From: an uncultured Candidatus Saccharibacteria bacterium
Lineage (GTDB): Bacteria; Patescibacteriota; Minisyncoccia; Phycocordibacterales; Phycocordibacteraceae
Assembly (NCBI GenBank): GCA_964593365.1
Contig: CAZQGQ010000002.1
Location: 21,671 to 85,670 of the forward strand
Direction: 5' to 3'
Length of the DNA stretch: 64,000 nucleotides
Each line of letters starts with the position of its first letter. Position 1 is the first letter of the stretch. Position numbers and translations under genes: made by a program. Positions 46,612 through 56,699 of this stretch are shown piece after piece. Under the pieces are notes generated by a model. That model was not told the origin of the DNA. It worked only from the letters and a program-made list of their open reading frames with translations, and searched no databases.

Positions 46612-46862
46612 GACCCTATGATACGCGTTTTTACGAAACGGCGCACGAGAATGCCAAGCAAGGTCAATACAGCTCCCGTTAGGATCCCCACGGGAAGCCA
46701 CGAGGCGCCTGACGTGTAGTAGAGGGCATCAACCAGAAGGCCGATCATGATGCCTACCGGCGGGAGCAGCAGAGACGCTACGAGCGCCAAGATAAGAGTT
46801 GCGGGGTATGGAAAGAGAAAGGGAGAAAGGAATGCTGCCGCGATCAAGATGATGCGGATCAT
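46608..46862 (-). CDS. Short MreD-like membrane protein
   Basis: Hydrophobic 84 aa with GLLVD motif, between mreC and mrdA. Confidence 0.6.
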   Translation of the reverse strand: MIRIILIAAAFLSPFLFPYPATLILALVASLLLPPVGIMIGLLVDALYYTSGASWLPVGILTGAVLTLLGILVRRFVKTRIIGS

Positions 46863-47605
46863 AGCGGGTCTGCAATACGAACCCAGGTAAGCATGAAGGG
46901 ATTGACTGACGGGCGGATCGAAAGCGTAGCGTGGGGCGCTGAAGCGCTTGTCTTTACGCGGGCCACCGTACCAACGGGAACCGCGCCGGGTCCTGGAAGA
47001 TACACGACGGCCCCTTCAACGACTCCTGCGTCACTTGCCACCGTTGCGCTCCAGAGCCCGCCTCCCTGCCCTTCAAGCGTGATAGGAATACGCTCTTCAC
47101 CCACCCATCCCTCAGTCGTTCGTCCGGAAGCTGAATAGAGCGCGACGCGCGAACGCGACTGCGAGATATTCCCAACGGTACCGATTGGAATCTCTCCTGG
47201 TGCATACACCAGTGACCCCTCGGTTACGCCTTCCTTGGTTCCCGCACCAACGACTAGAACGTCATAGGGAGCAAGCGGCGGACGAGCAAGCACTCCAGCT
47301 AATACTCCCGATGCGTCAAAGGGAGCAACGTCGGCAAGACGCGCAGCAAGCATCTCGTTTTCTCGTAGCAGCACTTCGTTTTCTATGCGGAGCGTATCGC
47401 GCTCTTGCATAACGGCTGCTGCCCCTTCAGGAAACGCAAGCGTTGCCGTTGCGGCAGATCCCATACGCCAGAGGGGGTCGCCAAGCGCGGCGAGTGCCCC
47501 TGGAAATACGAAACGAAGAATGAGAAGGAGGAGTACGAAAAAACCAATAGCGCCAACCGCAAGTCCGCCCTTGAATTTAGGCCTTCGGGAGAATGACGTC
47601 TTCAT
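46859..47605 (-). CDS. mreC: Rod shape-determining protein MreC
   Basis: TM, coiled coil (LRIEN..L..EN), G...GV..G, G.G.G; downstream of mreB. Confidence 0.85.
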   Translation of the reverse strand: MKTSFSRRPKFKGGLAVGAIGFFVLLLLILRFVFPGALAALGDPLWRMGSAATATLAFPEGAAAVMQERDTLRIENEVLLRENEMLAARLADVAPFDASGVLAGVLARPPLAPYDVLVVGAGTKEGVTEGSLVYAPGEIPIGTVGNISQSRSRVALYSASGRTTEGWVGEERIPITLEGQGGGLWSATVASDAGVVEGAVVYLPGPGAVPVGTVARVKTSASAPHATLSIRPSVNPFMLTWVRIADPL

Positions 47606-48632
47606 AGAGGAACATGCCGTGCCATGGGCGCGGGTCTTCGGTTATGATGCCGGTCCCGCGAACCACGGCGGTAAGCGGATCGGTTGCAACAAACACGGGA
47701 ACGCCAAGCATTTTAGAGAGAAGCGTTGGAAGCCCTCGAAGCAACGCTCCCCCGCCAAAGACGGTTACGCCGCGTTCAAGAACGTCCGAGAGAAGCTCGG
47801 GAGGCGTTGATTCGATTACTTCCTTCATCGCTTCCATGATCTGATCAAGGGAAGGCTGCAAGGCTTCGCGCACATGGGTGTCCGTCAGGATAATTTCTCG
47901 CGGAAGCCCGGTTGCAAGGTCGCGACCACGAACCGTGCGCTCAAGTGGAGTATCAAGCGGGAGCACGGCGCCGATAGCGATCTTCACGTCCTCGGCAGTA
48001 CGCTCGCCAATGGCAAGCTGGAACTCGCTGCGGACAAACTCGATAATGTCGTTGTTGAAGCGATCCCCGGCGACATGCGAGCTTTTTGATGCGACGGTTC
48101 CCCCAAGCGAGAGCACCGCGATGTCGATTGTGCCGCCACCAATATCAAGCACCATGGTTCCGACAGGGTCATGCACCGGGAGCTTCGCGCCGATTGCGCC
48201 AGCAACCGGTTCCTCGATGATGAACACTTCACGTGCGCCGGCTGCCATGGCAGCGTCTCGCACCGCACGACTCTCGACGTTTGTGACACCTGTCGGAACA
48301 CCAATCACAACGCGAGGACCCAAGATGCGTGTGCGGTCTCCCTGCGCTTTGCGGATGAGGTACGCAAGCAACTCCTCAGTCACTTCGAAGTCTGAGATAA
48401 CGCCGTTTGAAAGCGGACGAACTGCGCGAATGTGCGGAGGCGTCTTCCCGAGCATCGCTTTCGCTTCCTTCCCGATTGCTACCACCTGCCCGGTCTTATC
48501 GTTCACTGCAACGACTGATGGCTCATTCAAGACAACCCCCTTTCCTCGAACATAGACGAGGGTGTTCGCCGTTCCAAGATCGATACCAATATCGGTCGAG
48601 AACAGGGAGTTTTTGGAAATGCGCTTTGCCAT
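47577..48632 (-). CDS. mreB: Rod shape-determining protein MreB (copy 1)
   Basis: GIDLGTANT, EPSVVA, DIGGGT, IGERTAE. Confidence 0.95.
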   Translation of the reverse strand: MAKRISKNSLFSTDIGIDLGTANTLVYVRGKGVVLNEPSVVAVNDKTGQVVAIGKEAKAMLGKTPPHIRAVRPLSNGVISDFEVTEELLAYLIRKAQGDRTRILGPRVVIGVPTGVTNVESRAVRDAAMAAGAREVFIIEEPVAGAIGAKLPVHDPVGTMVLDIGGGTIDIAVLSLGGTVASKSSHVAGDRFNNDIIEFVRSEFQLAIGERTAEDVKIAIGAVLPLDTPLERTVRGRDLATGLPREIILTDTHVREALQPSLDQIMEAMKEVIESTPPELLSDVLERGVTVFGGGALLRGLPTLLSKMLGVPVFVATDPLTAVVRGTGIITEDPRPWHGMFLYEDVILPKA

Positions 48633-48633
48633 A

Positions 48634-49878
48634 TTAGAAGGCTAGAAGCTCGTCACGTGAGACTTTCTTGGTCTCGCCCGTCTTTCGGTTCACGAGCTCA
48701 AGCTGCCCGCTTGCTTTGGTTTCTTTTCCGACGTTCACTCGGTACGGGATGCCGATCAAGTCTGAGTCTGCAAACTTCTCTCCAGCGCGAGCATCGCGAT
48801 CGTCATAGAGAACGGTTGATCCTTTCTTCTGAAGATCAGCGTAGAGCGCGTCTGCAAACGCTACCGACTCAGCATCGTCTGGAAGCAGCGAAAGGAGATG
48901 GAAACGGAACGGAGCGACTGATTCTGGCCAGACGATTCCCTTATCGTCAGCAAGCAGCTCGACAATCGTACCCATGAGGCGTCCGAGGCCAATCCCGTAT
49001 GCGCCATAAACTACCGGCTTCACGGTGCCATCTTCGTCAGTAAACGTAACGCCAAGTTCCTTGGTATAGCGGGTTCCGTACTTAAAGATATTTCCTACTT
49101 CAATGGACTTCGCTTCCTTCAGATTCTCCCGTTTCACGCCAAGACCGGCGAGGATTTCGTCTTGCATTACCTCGTCGTTTACCGCAATGCCCTTCTCTTC
49201 ATCTATATAAATCACGTCTTCGCCAGCATCACAGATGGTCTGGAATTCATGGCTGAACTTGCTGAACATGCCGCCTGAAGCAAACGTTACGTAGGTTTTA
49301 TCGCCGATTCCAGCCCGGTCATACACCCGCTTATAGGCTTCAACTGCTTTCTCATAGAATGCATCCAGCTCCTCTTCGCTCTTATTAAAGGAATACATAT
49401 CCTTCATAAGGAACTCGCGCCCGCGCATAATGCCTGACTTTGCGCGAAGCTCGTTACGGAACTTAGTCTGGAACTGGTAGGTGTAGCGTGGAAGATCTCG
49501 ATACGAAGCAATATGCTCGCGAATCATGCGTGCCATCGGTTCTTCGTGGGTGCATCCAAGACCAAGCTCGTTTCCGTTCTTAAGCTTTGTCTTAAACCAC
49601 ACATCTACTTTTTCATCATCCCAGCGATCAGTCGCCTTCCACAGTTCTGGATCTTGAAGCGCTGAGAGCGATACTTCCTGTCCACCGATACTATTCATCT
49701 CTTCCCGGATGATGGTGCGGATGTTATCGAGAACTCGAAGGCCAAGCGGCAAGTAGTCATACACTCCCGCCATCTCCTTATGCACAAAGCCTGCGCGAAT
49801 GAGGAGCTGCGCGTTTTTGGCTACCTCATCTGAGGGCGCCTCGCGCCTCGTTTTTGTGAAAAGCTCCGATTGCCGCAT
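48634..49878 (-). CDS. proS: Prolyl-tRNA synthetase, short form without the INS editing domain
   Basis: LLIRAGF, THEE, KFRNELR..G.MR.REF.MKD.YSF, IEVGNIF, GEKFAD.DLIG; 414 aa. Confidence 0.95.
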   Translation of the reverse strand: MRQSELFTKTRREAPSDEVAKNAQLLIRAGFVHKEMAGVYDYLPLGLRVLDNIRTIIREEMNSIGGQEVSLSALQDPELWKATDRWDDEKVDVWFKTKLKNGNELGLGCTHEEPMARMIREHIASYRDLPRYTYQFQTKFRNELRAKSGIMRGREFLMKDMYSFNKSEEELDAFYEKAVEAYKRVYDRAGIGDKTYVTFASGGMFSKFSHEFQTICDAGEDVIYIDEEKGIAVNDEVMQDEILAGLGVKRENLKEAKSIEVGNIFKYGTRYTKELGVTFTDEDGTVKPVVYGAYGIGLGRLMGTIVELLADDKGIVWPESVAPFRFHLLSLLPDDAESVAFADALYADLQKKGSTVLYDDRDARAGEKFADSDLIGIPYRVNVGKETKASGQLELVNRKTGETKKVSRDELLAF

Positions 49879-49924
49879 AGTCGCTCTAGTATAAGCCGGC
49901 AGCTACTTTGCCGCAAAACGAGCT

Positions 49925-50254
49925 TTAGGCGAGCCTGGCGCCTAGACCCACTTCTTGGTCAGGCACGGCCAATACGACCGACCCGTCGTCTCGATAGAAT
50001 CCGGTCGTCAATACCTCAGAGACGAACGGTCCGATGCTTCGGGGCGGAAAGTTAGTGACGCACACTACAAGCTTTCCGATGAGCTCGGCAGGAGTATAAA
50101 GGTCCGTTATCTGCGCGCTTGATGACTTCACGCCGAAATCTCCAAAATCTATGCGCAGCTTGTATGCGGGTTTGCGAGCTTCGGGGAATTCTTCTGCCTC
50201 GATGATCTTTCCAACACGCAATTCTATCTGTTCGAAGTCTTCGATAGTCGCCAT
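49925..50254 (-). CDS. csaA: tRNA-binding/export chaperone CsaA (Trbp111 family)
   Basis: FPEARKPAYKL.IDFG, SSAQIT, NFPP. Confidence 0.9.
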   Translation of the reverse strand: MATIEDFEQIELRVGKIIEAEEFPEARKPAYKLRIDFGDFGVKSSSAQITDLYTPAELIGKLVVCVTNFPPRSIGPFVSEVLTTGFYRDDGSVVLAVPDQEVGLGARLA

Positions 50255-50261
50255 ACCTTTC

Positions 50262-51356
50262 CTACAGGAGTTTCAAGATATCGCTTGCGGTAATTACAAC
50301 CATAAGAAGGATAAGGAGCGCGAACCCGATGCCGTTCACAGCACCAGCTACTTTCGCAGAAATGGGACGGCGAGTTATCGCTTCGATCAACACAAAGAGA
50401 AGCCGTCCACCATCAAGCGCTGGAATAGGTATGAGATTGATGAGCGCGAGGTTGATTGAAATGACCGCGGTCAAGGAAAGAAGCGCGAGGAGCCCGCTTG
50501 CAGAAGCATCCCCCACTGCTCCGGCAATGCCGATGGGTCCTGCAACTTGTGATAGATCAGCAGTAAACGTGAAGATGCTTCCGAAGAAATGGATGAGTCC
50601 CTCGCCTATAGCAAGCGTTGCTGTCGTTGTGACTTTTGCGCCTTCTATCGGAGCTTCAAGCAGGGGGACGGGCGTGCTGGTCACCGTTGCGACCCCGACG
50701 CCAAGCGCCGCGCGTGAAGGATCTTCGGCTATGGTTCCCACTTCCGGACGAGCTGAAAGAATGAGCGTTTCTCCATCTCGAAGAATGGTGAGCCCGAGAC
50801 CTTGTTCTCCTCCCTGCGCGATAAACGCAGTAAAAGATTCGGCGGTAGCCCCTTCAAATAGCGTGTCTCCCGCCTGGGCGCCCACCACCTCATCTCCCGC
50901 CTGTAGGCCGGCGCGCTCTGCAGGAGATCCGGCAATGACGCGTGAAATAACGATCTGAGAATCAGCGACTTGGAGTGCTTCTTCGGCTGAAATGGTACGA
51001 GGCATGCCGCCTGCAAGCGTTATGGAAAGCAATACCCACGCAAATACCAGGTTCATCGCAATACCTGCAACAAGCACAAGTGCCTGCTGCCACTTGGGCT
51101 TTGCGGCAAAAGAATCTGCAGAGGGAGCTGCGCCCGGTTCTCCGTCTTCGCCAAAGATCTTCACGAATCCGCCAAACGGAAGCCAGTTCAGCGTGTAGTC
51201 GGTGCCGCCCTTGCGATAAAAGGTCATCGCGCGGGGCGGATATCCGATCCCGAACTCATCAACGCGCATCTTGAACACCTTTGCAGCGATAAGGTGGCCG
51301 AACTCGTGCACCACAATGAGTGCGACGAGGACTACTATAAAAAGAATGATGCTCAT
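50262..51356 (-). CDS. rseP: RIP metalloprotease RseP (PDZ)
   Basis: HEFGH, PFGGFV, NLIPIPALDGG. Confidence 0.94.
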   Translation of the reverse strand: MSIILFIVVLVALIVVHEFGHLIAAKVFKMRVDEFGIGYPPRAMTFYRKGGTDYTLNWLPFGGFVKIFGEDGEPGAAPSADSFAAKPKWQQALVLVAGIAMNLVFAWVLLSITLAGGMPRTISAEEALQVADSQIVISRVIAGSPAERAGLQAGDEVVGAQAGDTLFEGATAESFTAFIAQGGEQGLGLTILRDGETLILSARPEVGTIAEDPSRAALGVGVATVTSTPVPLLEAPIEGAKVTTTATLAIGEGLIHFFGSIFTFTADLSQVAGPIGIAGAVGDASASGLLALLSLTAVISINLALINLIPIPALDGGRLLFVLIEAITRRPISAKVAGAVNGIGFALLILLMVVITASDILKLL

Positions 51357-51365
51357 GAGGCAGTG

Positions 51366-51917
51366 CTACTGAGAGATCTCTTCCTCCTTCTTGGTGAGCA
51401 GCGTATCAAGTGATTTCATCGCTTCATCGATCAGCTTCTGCACGTCATCTTTCAGGCGCTTCAGATCGTCTTCGCCCATGCCTCCCTCCTTCTCTTCTGC
51501 TTCCAATACTTTGATTGCATCTCCTCGATGTCCTCGCAAGGTAACGCGCGCATGCTCGAGCTTCTCGTTTGCAAGCTTCTTGAGCATGGTGCGGCGTTCG
51601 GCGGTGAGTTCAGGGAAGATCACGCGAAGACCCGAATCATCTGCCATCGCAGAGACGCCAAGGTCAGCCTCGGTGATCGCCTTCTCTATTGCCTTCGATA
51701 CTTCCTTGTCCCAAGGAATGATGCGGATCGTGCGAGCGTCTTCAACTGAAATGGAAGCTAGCTCCTGGAGGGACATGCGGTTGCCGTACGCTTCGGCTCG
51801 GACAGAAGAAAGGAGCGTCGGGGTTGCGCGCCCGGTACGGATGCCGGAAAACTCCCGAGTAAGCCATTCCTCGGTTTCCTTGATGTGGTTCTTGAGCTTA
51901 GAAAAGTCGTATGCCAT
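51366..51917 (-). CDS. frr: Ribosome recycling factor
   Basis: IRTGRA, PWD, PELTAERR. Confidence 0.96.
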   Translation of the reverse strand: MAYDFSKLKNHIKETEEWLTREFSGIRTGRATPTLLSSVRAEAYGNRMSLQELASISVEDARTIRIIPWDKEVSKAIEKAITEADLGVSAMADDSGLRVIFPELTAERRTMLKKLANEKLEHARVTLRGHRGDAIKVLEAEEKEGGMGEDDLKRLKDDVQKLIDEAMKSLDTLLTKKEEEISQ

Positions 51918-51922
51918 TACCC

Positions 51923-54900
51923 TCAGTTTACACTATCGTCTGACCGGGGTCGTCCCCGTCGGCGTCGTTTCCGAGACCGCTGCTCCTGCGGCACAGGCGG
52001 TGGCTGAACTTGCTTTTTTTCCCGAGCGACTCGCACGAAGTCAAAGAAGAACTCGTTTTTATTAAGATCAACGTTGCGTAGCTTTAGAACAAGCGTCTTT
52101 CCTGCGACCACTTCATTCCACGCCTTGTCGCTCATTGAAGGGATTTCCTCTCGACGCAGCTCGTACGACTTAACGCTCGGACGCGTTAAGAGAGTGATAT
52201 AGAGAGCGTTCTCACCTCGGCTTACGATGCGTGCCTGCACAATCTTCTCTGTATATTTCTCTCCGACCCGTTGGTATGGATTAACGAAAGGAATCGCCCG
52301 GGTCTTAACAAGGCGCTCAAATATGAACTCGGGAGTCGCGGCCGATGCCGATGCGCCGATATGAATAATCATCTTTTGTCCTCCCTCTCGTAATCGTGTG
52401 GTCAGAGCTTCCCGCGTACTCTTATCAAGAGGCGTTCCGTCTTTTGTGCGTAGTGAGGTGAGCGGAAGAGGATAGGATTCGAGGAGCTGTTTCTTCCCGT
52501 AATGCATCTTGACGTACACCATCCCGGTTGCCTGATCATACGCGTCTACGTGGGCAGCGATCGGCGAAGTAGGAGAAAGTGTCTGTAACTGTTTTAGGCC
52601 TCGTTCGTTCATGAGAGCCGCGATGTCGACAGTGCCAGTAACGCGCCGAAGCGTCGGGTCAATTGACCCTACCGTAAAGACGATCCGTTTCCCCCCTTCG
52701 TTCTTGGGGCTTCGAAGCAGCGCCCAGTTCTCCGCAGAAAGCTTCTCACCGGAACTGCTGCGAATGTCGTTCCTACTCATTCGCTGCGAGAAGCGGGCCC
52801 CGCCTGGAAGGTCGAACTCGAACAGAGCCACTCTCTCTTCAACCCGTACTACCCGAACAGCAATCCGAGTATCAGCAGTATTGGCTCCTAGCTTCTTCTC
52901 AAGAAGCGAAAGCGAGAGGAACGAATTCATGTCTCGTTCAGAGCGCATGATCTGCCGCTCGCGGACGTTTGCGATACCGGCTACCTCTTTCAGCTCATTC
53001 AGCGTTGCTTCGTTATCGACGGTTACCGCACGCTTGTAGAGCACGCTACTGAGCAGTCGGTGTGTTTTGATATCTGCATAGCGCCGTATGGGAGAGGTGT
53101 AATGGCCGTAGTGCCTCAGTGTTAGCCCAAAATGTATTTCCTTACCTCCAAGCCCCTCTTGCGTCTCGACAGCGTATCCAGCCTTTTCCATGGTCCTCAC
53201 GAGCGTAGCTTCTTTGCGAATCTGCACGTCTTCACGCGGCTCAGCATCAATGCGAGCTCGTATCGCTTCCAAAATCTCGTGAGGCCTATAGGCGCCCTCC
53301 CCGTCCCAAATATCCTCGTACCCTATGCCCTTAAGCAGAGCGAGGATATTTCCTTTTTGTGGCGGTCGGTGAACACGCAGAAATGCGACCGCACCGGGCG
53401 CGGCCTGTAAAGTAGTTTTAGTCACTTCCTCGTTTGCCTTTATCATCATGTGCTCGATGAGCTTCATGCTCTCAAGCGGCTTTCCTTGGCTTGCTTGAAC
53501 CGGCTCTCCTTTCGCATTCAATTCAAACTCAATGTCTCCTCCTACGGTGGTCAGCATAACGAAGCCGTCTTTTTCCATCAGCTTCTCGAAGTGTTTGGAA
53601 AACGACTGTAACGCTACGAGTTCCTCATGCCACTCGGCATTCTTATCTTTCAGGTCTTTCTGCGCCTGCTGATAGGTAGAGCGGCGCTTTGAGTTCATGA
53701 CCGTTCGTACATGGTGTACTTCAGGCTCTGGAGGCTCTTCAGGATTTTCCCAGGTAGCTCGAGGCGGATAGATAAGGTATGTCGTGAACGCAAGGCGGTC
53801 CTCCCCTTCCACAAGACTGCACAGGAGGTTCGCTAGCACTTCAGGGAAAAGCGGTAGTGTTTTCGGCAAGTACTGCGTTGCCTGCCTGAACTGCGCAATA
53901 AGATCGAGTGGAGAACCGGAAGGTATAAGCGCTGTCGGGTCTGCAATATGTACCCCAACCTCGATGCGTCCGTCCGGAAGCTCCCGATACGAAAGCGCGT
54001 CATCGAAATCCTTGGCTTGCTTGGGATCAATGGTAAATGTCCGGATGTCACGAATGTCGAGTCGGTTGGATCCGTGTACATACTTGTCCAAGGAGTCGAC
54101 AAGAGGATCTGAACCAAGCTCCCACTCCTGCAGACAGCGGACGACAAGCTCGTCCGTTGAGACTTTTCCTGATTTCAAGTCACGCGCCAGGTCTTCGAGG
54201 AACCTTATCTGTTCGTGAAGCTTCTCTGCCGTAAGGCTCTCAAGACGTCCTTTCAGTATCGGGAAGCGGTGAGGATCAAGATATTCAGCGTACGCCTTTA
54301 TGTCTTCGTCATTTAGCTGTTCGACACGCTTGGCGCCGTTTGGCGTTCTAAGCGCAATTGCTTCTGCTTCAATGACAGCATTGCCTGCCTCTCCGATTAC
54401 TCGTGAAAGCTTCCATTCTTCCTCTTGTATATTTGGTTCGCGAGCAAGGATTACTTTCAAGCCGCGGACGCTTGAGCCGACATCAAGTGCAGTAAGTGGG
54501 AGCACAAGAGGCTGGCGAGTGAGGATAAAGCTATCAGGGTACGCAACAAGAGCTGGGCCCCGATTCGTTTGTTCGAGGCGAACTGTTGCAACAACCTTAT
54601 GAGGATAGCGTTCAACGATGCGAACGACTTCCGCGCTTTCACCATCCGGTGACATGTGGACGTCTACAACATCTCGCGCAAGAGCGCCGTTGGTAATGAC
54701 GGGAATTTCTCTGTCGTTGTCGAGGAGGACGAGCTCGCTATCCGTTGCGCCCCTAAAAAGAATCGCGCGGGTTGTTATTAAGGATTCCTTCTGCTCTTGC
54801 TTCCGCTTCGGCCTCACTGCCTTCCCTGTCACTTCTTTCATGAGCGCAGCGAGTTCCTTCTCTTCCGCACCTTCAGGAAGTGATGGCTCACCGGAGCTTT

Positions 54901-55312
54901 CCGGCTCTCCGAGATAGCGCTCAAGCGCCTCGTCGTCCGCAAGGCTTGACTGTCGTGCTACAGCCTTAGAGTCCAAGACGCCTGGCTCCTCTGTTAGGAC
55001 TTCTGCTTTCTGTACAGGAGGCGCGGACTTCACTGGTTGTTCCTTATCTATTACCATCCCGACATATACCGGCGTTCCTCCTCCTACGAAACGGTGCCAT
55101 GAAAATGTAAGTGTTTCTCCAGCAGCGAAAGAACGCTTGGGAATCTCGATCACTAGCGGATGTTCCTTCCCTTTTTCATGGACACGGAGCTTGATGGTCT
55201 GTGCTTCTACGTCTTCGCCCACGAGCGGATGCTCGCTCTCGGGAACGATAGTGACCTCCATCCGCTTTAGCGGTTGGCGCTCGAGGTTAGGAATAAAGCC
55301 GTTTTGGCTCAT
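51923..55312 (-). CDS. RNase R/RNB-domain exoribonuclease, extended (1129 aa)
   Basis: TIDP..AKDFDDAL, VHIAD, LCSL, HFGL...Y.HYTSPIRRYAD; basic C-terminal tail. Confidence 0.88.
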   Translation of the reverse strand: MSQNGFIPNLERQPLKRMEVTIVPESEHPLVGEDVEAQTIKLRVHEKGKEHPLVIEIPKRSFAAGETLTFSWHRFVGGGTPVYVGMVIDKEQPVKSAPPVQKAEVLTEEPGVLDSKAVARQSSLADDEALERYLGEPESSGEPSLPEGAEEKELAALMKEVTGKAVRPKRKQEQKESLITTRAILFRGATDSELVLLDNDREIPVITNGALARDVVDVHMSPDGESAEVVRIVERYPHKVVATVRLEQTNRGPALVAYPDSFILTRQPLVLPLTALDVGSSVRGLKVILAREPNIQEEEWKLSRVIGEAGNAVIEAEAIALRTPNGAKRVEQLNDEDIKAYAEYLDPHRFPILKGRLESLTAEKLHEQIRFLEDLARDLKSGKVSTDELVVRCLQEWELGSDPLVDSLDKYVHGSNRLDIRDIRTFTIDPKQAKDFDDALSYRELPDGRIEVGVHIADPTALIPSGSPLDLIAQFRQATQYLPKTLPLFPEVLANLLCSLVEGEDRLAFTTYLIYPPRATWENPEEPPEPEVHHVRTVMNSKRRSTYQQAQKDLKDKNAEWHEELVALQSFSKHFEKLMEKDGFVMLTTVGGDIEFELNAKGEPVQASQGKPLESMKLIEHMMIKANEEVTKTTLQAAPGAVAFLRVHRPPQKGNILALLKGIGYEDIWDGEGAYRPHEILEAIRARIDAEPREDVQIRKEATLVRTMEKAGYAVETQEGLGGKEIHFGLTLRHYGHYTSPIRRYADIKTHRLLSSVLYKRAVTVDNEATLNELKEVAGIANVRERQIMRSERDMNSFLSLSLLEKKLGANTADTRIAVRVVRVEERVALFEFDLPGGARFSQRMSRNDIRSSSGEKLSAENWALLRSPKNEGGKRIVFTVGSIDPTLRRVTGTVDIAALMNERGLKQLQTLSPTSPIAAHVDAYDQATGMVYVKMHYGKKQLLESYPLPLTSLRTKDGTPLDKSTREALTTRLREGGQKMIIHIGASASAATPEFIFERLVKTRAIPFVNPYQRVGEKYTEKIVQARIVSRGENALYITLLTRPSVKSYELRREEIPSMSDKAWNEVVAGKTLVLKLRNVDLNKNEFFFDFVRVAREKKQVQPPPVPQEQRSRKRRRRGRPRSDDSVN

Positions 55313-55317
55313 AGGTG

Positions 55318-55584
55318 TTATGCGAATGTAAGCACGCTATCGTGGATGTCCTCAATGATAGGACCGATAACGTCACGTGCTTGCGGCACATGCGCTTCGA
55401 TGAAGGCGCTTATCTTCTCTTCATCCCCCTCAGCAAGCACTTCTTCAAACTCGGCAAGCCGTTCACTAGGGAGCGCATCAATGACCGCGAGCGATATCGT
55501 CTCAAGCATGGTCATCTCCAGCGAGTCAGCCGTATCGCTTGAAGCGAGCGGTATTCCAAGGAACATGGGAGTTGCGTTTGTCAT
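55318..55584 (-). CDS. Small acidic helical protein (DUF5663-like)
   Basis: 88 aa, acidic; family assignment from memory only. Confidence 0.55.
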   Translation of the reverse strand: MTNATPMFLGIPLASSDTADSLEMTMLETISLAVIDALPSERLAEFEEVLAEGDEEKISAFIEAHVPQARDVIGPIIEDIHDSVLTFA

Positions 55585-55587
55585 GGT

Positions 55588-56604
55588 TTATTTCGTATCG
55601 AACGGTCCCTCATACGGCTGGGGGCCATTTTGCGTATCGAGCAGCACCTGCGGATTCCCCGTTGGGGTATTCAAAACGATCTCGACTTTTTGCTTACCAT
55701 CAACCGTCACTATGGTGATAACAAAGGAGCTTTGCTCTTGCGGATTTACATAAGGAAGAAGCGCAGACTCGCCTTCGTCATTTAAAAGATTCAACTGACG
55801 AGCGAGCACGTCAGCCTGCTCGTCGAGTGTTGCTGGCAAAGGAATTTCAAGCTGACTAAACAGTGACTGCAGATTCGCTTGCCCCATGCGTGGAAGCAGG
55901 CGCTTAAAGGCATGTATCGCTCCCTCCCCTTCTTGAACCAGTTCCGGAGTGAGCGTGTGCACATTGTCCCGGCTACGGAGATTCTCCTCGGTTGAGAGTC
56001 CTTCGTTATCCCATTGCTGCTGCCCTGCACTTGATTGGCCTACGTTTGGACGGGCCGTGTCTTCAGTAGGTTCAGGTTCTCGATCTGGATTAGTTGCGTA
56101 ATCAACTGCAGCTGCTGTTCCAACGGCAACGAATGCAAACGCGAGCGCTCGGAGTTTGCCTGGCACCAACTTACGAAGCGCTTCCTTTGTCCGCTTCCAC
56201 GCTTCCTGGCGTTCACTTCCAAGAAGCGATGCTTTGATTTCATTCAAGCGCTCTCGCTCTCTTCGCGCAAAGTTATCGATCAGGATTGCCTGGTGCTCTG
56301 GATCGATATTGCGACGCTCGGAATAAGCAGCAAGATCGCTCGCGAGTGTATCGCGTGCAACGTTGTATTGATTTCGCATCCAGGTAGCGAGCTTCTCTGC
56401 CTGTGGGTCCCGCGTCTTCCAGTATTGGTAATACGCAGTGAAGTACGCTTTGCGCGCTGAGAGCACCTGATCTATGCGGACTGGGGAGAAAACCCCTTCT
56501 ATCTCTGTAAAAGGCGACTCAGCAAGCTTCTGCTTGAGTACGTATTCAGGCTCACCCGGTTCAGGCTCTCGTATCCAAGCTCCCGCCATCTCAACAGTTG
56601 CCAT
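55588..56604 (-). CDS. Hypothetical protein with a central TM helix
   Basis: 338-aa ORF, hydrophobic LAFAFVAVGTAAAV. Confidence 0.7.
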   Translation of the reverse strand: MATVEMAGAWIREPEPGEPEYVLKQKLAESPFTEIEGVFSPVRIDQVLSARKAYFTAYYQYWKTRDPQAEKLATWMRNQYNVARDTLASDLAAYSERRNIDPEHQAILIDNFARRERERLNEIKASLLGSERQEAWKRTKEALRKLVPGKLRALAFAFVAVGTAAAVDYATNPDREPEPTEDTARPNVGQSSAGQQQWDNEGLSTEENLRSRDNVHTLTPELVQEGEGAIHAFKRLLPRMGQANLQSLFSQLEIPLPATLDEQADVLARQLNLLNDEGESALLPYVNPQEQSSFVITIVTVDGKQKVEIVLNTPTGNPQVLLDTQNGPQPYEGPFDTK

Positions 56605-56699
56605 AGGTTGTTGTTAGAAAGTGTAGCATTCGCCTTGTGGATGCGCGCGAATGGGTGAGGAATAACCTCAGTAAGTACCTATATATTATACCACCGAAA

